Assembly (NCBI GenBank): GCA_950097015.1
Contig: CATNEN010000038.1
Coordinates: 32,674,001-32,738,000, forward strand
Source: Macrostomum hystrix
Lineage: Eukaryota > Animalia > Platyhelminthes
Direction of reading: 5' to 3'
DNA length: 64,000 nt
Part shown: piece by piece, positions 58,836-64,000 of the stretch
Layout: every line of letters begins with the position of its first letter
Position numbering within the stretch: the stretch's first letter is position 1
Made by a program: the position numbers and the translations under genes
Notes under the pieces: generated by a model
The model's input: the letters and a program-made list of their open reading frames with translations, nothing else
What the model was told of the DNA's origin: nothing
The model's database searches: none

Positions 58836-61800
58836 TCACTCGGGTGATAATTTTTCCACCCTGTTCAGCAGCACAACAGAATGCCGGTTGCTAAACTCCA
58901 CCTCAATTTTTAACGGAGTGTTCTCAGTTTTTAGCTGTTTTCTACGATTAGAACTGCCATTTTCCGCTTCGTCATCATCAGCGGCAGCGGCGGCCACTGC
59001 GGCTGAGTCGTCGACATCATTTCCGCCGCTGGCGACGTCAAAAGAGCCGACAGCGGCCAGGCGCCACAGCAGTGGATGTACAAGCTTCGGCGACGGCGGT
59101 TTCGACCTAGTGAAACCTGTCAGGCCGCTGACAATCAGTCCGGTTGCTATGGCAACCAATAAGGCCAACGGAGTATAGTACAAATAGGACAGCCAATGAG
59201 CTGGTCGTTGCCTAGCCACCGTAGCAATCGTTGAAGCATTAGTGGAGGTCCAGTTGCTACGCAAGAAGTCATCAACGGTGGTGGTGCCATTTATGTCGAC
59301 GGTGCCATTCCAGCAGCCGTCGGTGCCAAATGGCCGATGATCCGGCGGCGGAGGGTCGAGCAGGGCCGCCACACTGAAGGACATTGTGGTGGCCAGGCTA
59401 GTACCAAGGCCGGCCAGGGCGCCCCAACGGTTGCACCACGGAAACAGGATGCCCAGAGTGAACAGGGCCAATAGTGGACCGCCGACAATGCCAAATAGGC
59501 TGAGAACAATCTGTAGCACCGTAGCTGGCAGGTTAGTAGCCAGGAAGCCTACTCCAACTGTGCTCAAACCGAGCACAACGGCGATAATCCTGGCAGCCCA
59601 GCCGGCCGATTTCTCTGTTAGATTTGGCCTAAAAGGCCGTATCAGATCTTCGAGCACAACGGAGCTCAGGCTATTGATGCCGGATGACACGGTGCTCAGA
59701 GAGGCGGCAAATATGCACGACACGAATAGGCCGGTGATTCCTGGCCGGGTGGAGAACAGGCGAACAACCAGGGCCGGTAGAAGCTGATCCCGTTTCACAA
59801 TGTCACCGGATAGTAACGGATCGCAGTCGGCGTAGAACGCGTAGATAACTAGGCCAGCCAGGCATAGGAAGCACAGGAATAGAAAGGTAAGCGGCATCTG
59901 AAGGTAGATGGCTCGCCTAGCGACCAACTCGCTGGAGCAGCTCAGGTAGCGCTGTAGCTGCGCCTGCGCGGATTGGGGCGATGAGGAATCGCAGCTTTTA
60001 GAGGCTGAGAGCTTCACAAGTTTACACAAATTTACAAATATTGAGATTCCATTTTCAAAACTGCTCATTCTAAACTCTAAAGTAGTGATATAAATCCCAG
60101 CCTAAATAAAAAAATCCCATCTTCATGTACTGCAACCATACCTCCAAAATACTGAGATCCCATTCCAAATTACTGAGATCCCAATACTAATTACTGAGAT
60201 CCCATTCCCAATTACTGAGATCCCAATACTAATTACTGAGATCCCATTCCCAATTACTGAGATCCCAATACTAATTACTGAGATCCCAATACTAATTACT
60301 GAGATCCCATTCCTAATTACTGAGATCCCATTCCCAATTACTGAGATCCCATTCCCAATTACTGAGATCCCATTCCCAATTACTGAAATCCCATTCCCAA
60401 TTACTGAAATCCTAATACTAATTACTGAGATCCCATTCCTAATTACTGAGATCCCATTCCAAATTACTGAGATCCCATTCCAAATTACTGAGATCCCATT
60501 CCCAATTACTGAGATCCCATTCCCAATTACTGAGATCCCAATACTAATTACTGAGATCCCAATACTAATTACTGAGATCCCAATACTAATTACTGAGATC
60601 CCATTCCCAATTACTGAGATCCCAATACTAATTACTGAGATCCCATTCCCAATTACTGAGATCCCAATACTAATTACTGAGATCCCAATACTAATTACTG
60701 AGATCCCAATACTAATTACTGAGATCCCATTCCCAATTACTGAGATCCCATTCCCAATTACTGAGATCCCATTCCTAATTACTGAGATCCCATTCCTAAT
60801 TACTGAGATCCCATTCCAAATTACTGAGATCCCAATACTAATTACTGACATCCCAATACTAATTACTGAGATCCCAATACTAATAACTGAGATACCATTC
60901 CAAATTACTGAGATCCCAATACTAATTACTGAGATACCATTCCAAATTACTGAGATCCCAATACTAATTACTGAGATCCTATTCCTAATTACTGAGATCC
61001 CATTCCAAATTACTGAGATCCCAATACTAATTACTGAGATCCTATTCCTAATTACTGAGATCCTATTTCTAATTACTGAGATCCCAATACTAATTACTGA
61101 GATCCCATTTCCAATTACTGAGATCCCATTCCCAATTACTGAGATCCCAATACCAATTACTGAGATCCCATTTCCAATTACTGAGATCCCATTCCCAATT
61201 ACTGAGATCCCAATACCAATTACTGAGATCCCATTTCCAATTACTGAGATCCCATTCCCAATTACTGAGATCCCAATACCAATTACTGAGATCCCAATAC
61301 TAATTACTGAGATCCCAATACTAATTACTGAGATCCCATTCCCAATTACTGAGATCCCAATACTAATTACTGAGATCCCATTTCCAATTACTGAGATCCC
61401 ATTCCCAATTACTGAGATCCCAATACCAATTACTGAGATCCCAATACTAATTACTGAGATCCCAATACTAATTACTGAGATCCCATTTCCAATTACTGAG
61501 ATCCCATTCCAAATTACTGAGATCCCATTCCCAATTACTGAGATCCCATTCCCAATTACTGAGATCCCAATACTAATTACTGAGATCCCAATACTAATTA
61601 CTGAGATCCCAATACTAATTACTGAGATCCCATTCCCAATTACTGAGATCCCAATACTAATTACTGAGATCCCATTCCAAATTACTGAGATCCCAATACT
61701 AATTACTGAGATCCCAATACTAATTACTGAGATCCCAATACTAATTACTGAGATCCCATTCCCAATTACTGAGATCCCAATACTAATTACTGAGATCCCA

Positions 61801-63319
61801 TTCCTAATTACTGAGATCCCATTCCAAATTACTGAGATCCCATTCCCAATTACTGAGATCCCAATACTAATTACTGAGATCCCAATACTAATTACTGAGA
61901 TCCCATTCCCAATTACTGAGATCCCAATACTAATTACTGAGATCCCATTCCCAATTACTGAGATCCCAATACTAATTACTGAGATCCCAATACTAATTAC
62001 TGAGATCCCATTCCCAATTACTGAGATCCCAATACTAATTACTGAGATCCCATTCCCAATTACTGAGATCCCAATACTAATTACTGAGATCCCAATACTA
62101 ATTACTGAGATCCCATTCCCAATTACTGAGATCCCAATACTAATTACTGAGATCCCATTCCCAATTACTGAGATCCCAATACTAATTACTGAGATCCCAA
62201 TACTAATTACTGAGATCCCATTCCCAATTACTGAGATCCCAATACTAATTACTGAGATCCCATTCCCAATTACTGAGATCCCAATACTAATTACTGAGAT
62301 CCCAATACTAATTACTGAGATCCCAATACTAATTACTGAGATCCCATTCCCAATTACTGAGATCCCATTCCTAATTACTGAGATCCCATTCCAAATTACT
62401 GAGATCCCATTCCCAATTACTGAGATCCCATTCCTAATTACTGAGATCCCATTCCAAATTACTGAGATCCCATTCCAAATTACTGAGATCCCATTCCTAA
62501 TTACTGAGATCCCATTCCAAATTACTGAGATCCCAATACTAATTACTGACATCCCAATACTAATTACTGAGATCCCAATACTAATTACTGAGATACCATT
62601 CCAAATTACTGAGATCCCAATACTAATTACTGACATCCCAATACTAATTACTGAGATCCCAATACTAATTACTGAGATACCATTCCAAATTACTGAGATC
62701 CCAATACTAATTACTGAGATCCTATTCCTAATTACTGAGATCCCATTCCAAATTACTGAGATCCCAATACTAATTACTGAGATCCTATTCCTAATTACTG
62801 AGATCCTATTTCTAATTACTGAGATCCCAATACTAATTACTGAGATCCCAATACTAATTACTGAGATCCCATTTCCAATTACTGAGATCCCATTCCCAAT
62901 TACTGAGATACCATTCCCAATTACTGAGATACCATTCCCAATTACTGAGATCCCATTCCTTATTACTGAGATCCCATTCCCAATTACTGAGATCCAATTC
63001 TCACCTGGTTAGCTGAGTAGATGGTCAGGCACATTCCAGTGCCGCCGATCAGCAATGTCCAGAAGCTGTGCCTGACAGTTGGGTCCGGGTTGAAGTTAAA
63101 AAAATTCAGTCGACCACCAGCGGCGGCGACATCAAAGACGCGTTGCAGGCCACCAACTTCTATGGTTGCCATGACAACCAGGCTGCAGAAGGCTACAAAC
63201 ACGATAATCATTTGTACCAAGTCGGTCCACATGACGGCTTTGATGCCGCCAAGAGCGGTGTAGAATGTGCAAACAACGCCAGTGAGAACCATGGTCAGCG
63301 GAAAGGACAGGCCTGTCAC
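58836..63319 (-). CDS. Sodium:solute symporter (SLC5A6/SLC5A8-like), 3' exons only; the gene begins beyond the window
   Basis: Exon 63319-63005 encodes VTG...CTFYTALGGIKAVMWTD...DPTVRHSFW...ANQ. Exon 59963-58836 encodes QLQRYLSC...YADCDPL...DQLLP...GLFVSCIFAASLSTVSSGINSL. Confidence 0.92.
60145..62995. repeat. 21-bp minisatellite, ~135 copies, filling an SLC5 intron
   Basis: Unit AATTACTGAGATCCCA(TTCCC/ATACT). It begins ~10 nt after the donor at 63004 on the minus strand. Confidence 0.97.
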
Positions 63320-63439
63320 CTTGGGTGATTCATGGAAACAGAAATCATTCGTCATCGTTTCACAAACCTCATGTGAAGCCTCTTGAAACCTCATGTGCAA
63401 CCTTACCTCAATTTGCTTGTGAACTTCGCTATTATTGGA

Positions 63440-64000
63440 GAGGAGAGTGGGCAGTAAAGTGTGCAGTAGATTGTACAGTAGTGTATAGGACAGTGTGCAG
63501 TAGAGTGTGTAGAAGAGTGTATAGGAGAGAGTGTAGTAAAGTGTACAGTAGAGTATACAGGAGAGAGTGTGCAGGAGAGTGTTTGGGAGAGTGTGTAGTA
63601 GAGTGTAAAGGAGAGTGTGCAGTAGAGTGTATACGAGAGTGTGCAGTAGAGCGTGCAGTAGAGTGTGCAGTATAGTGTGCACTAGAGTTTGCAGTAGAGC
63701 GTGCAGTAGAGTGTGCAGTAGAGAGTGCAGTAGTGCAGTAGAGTGTGCAGTAGAGTGTGCAGTAGAGTGTGCAGTAGAGTGTGCAGTAGAGTGCGCAGTA
63801 GAGTGTGCAGTATAGTGTGCACTAGAGTTTGCAGTAGAGCGTGCAGTAGAGTGTGCAGTAGAGAGTGCAGTAGTGCAGTAGAGTGTGCAGTAGAGTGTGC
63901 AGTAGAGTGTGCAGTAGAGTGCGCAGTAGAGTGTGCAGTAGTGCACTAGAGTTTGCAGTAGTGTGCAGAAGAGTGTATAGGAGAGAGTGTAGTAAAGTGT
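63440..64000. repeat. 12-bp intronic tandem repeat running off the window
   Basis: Unit GAGTGTGCAGTA. Confidence 0.9.

Noticed and set aside
60123-62636. 837-aa ORF (ISVIGNG repeats) on the SLC5 sense strand
   Set aside because: It is the translation of a 21-bp intronic satellite. The upstream exon frame stops at 62984, and the flanking exons splice cleanly in phase 0.

Overview
Eukaryotic (metazoan) genomic DNA with spliceosomal introns. The CAG/poly-Q exons, NR5B receptor and minisatellite-filled introns suggest a free-living flatworm such as Macrostomum, which is an inference only. Seven host genes can be reconstructed by hand: an HR39/NR5B-type nuclear receptor (+), ribonucleotide reductase small subunit (+), an SLC18B1-like MFS transporter (-), an anion-selective Cys-loop channel of the GlyR/GluCl type (+), a PAN/C-type-lectin protein (-), an SLC16/MCT transporter (+) and the 3' part of an SLC5 symporter (-). 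There is also a broken NAXE (YjeF_N) pseudogene. Mobile DNA includes a decayed RTE-like LINE, a Merlin/ISXO2 transposase remnant, a Crypton-type tyrosine-recombinase element, palindromic and hAT-like MITEs, a non-autonomous Helitron and tRNA-derived SINEs. About 20 tandem-repeat arrays explain most of the long low-complexity ORFs in the track, which are spurious. The most notable observations are: (1) a 37-bp intronic array that copies the splice acceptor, giving 15 decoy acceptors; (2) a Crypton bounded by TTGTCTATGGT direct repeats, whose GTCTATGG motif recurs in two hairpin MITEs and a homogeneous 41-bp satellite; (3) an ~850-bp templated copy of the neighbouring gene inserted into the NAXE pseudogene with a 28-bp target duplication; (4) a GC-AG intron that switches the MCT C-terminus to a PDZ-ligand-like tail.
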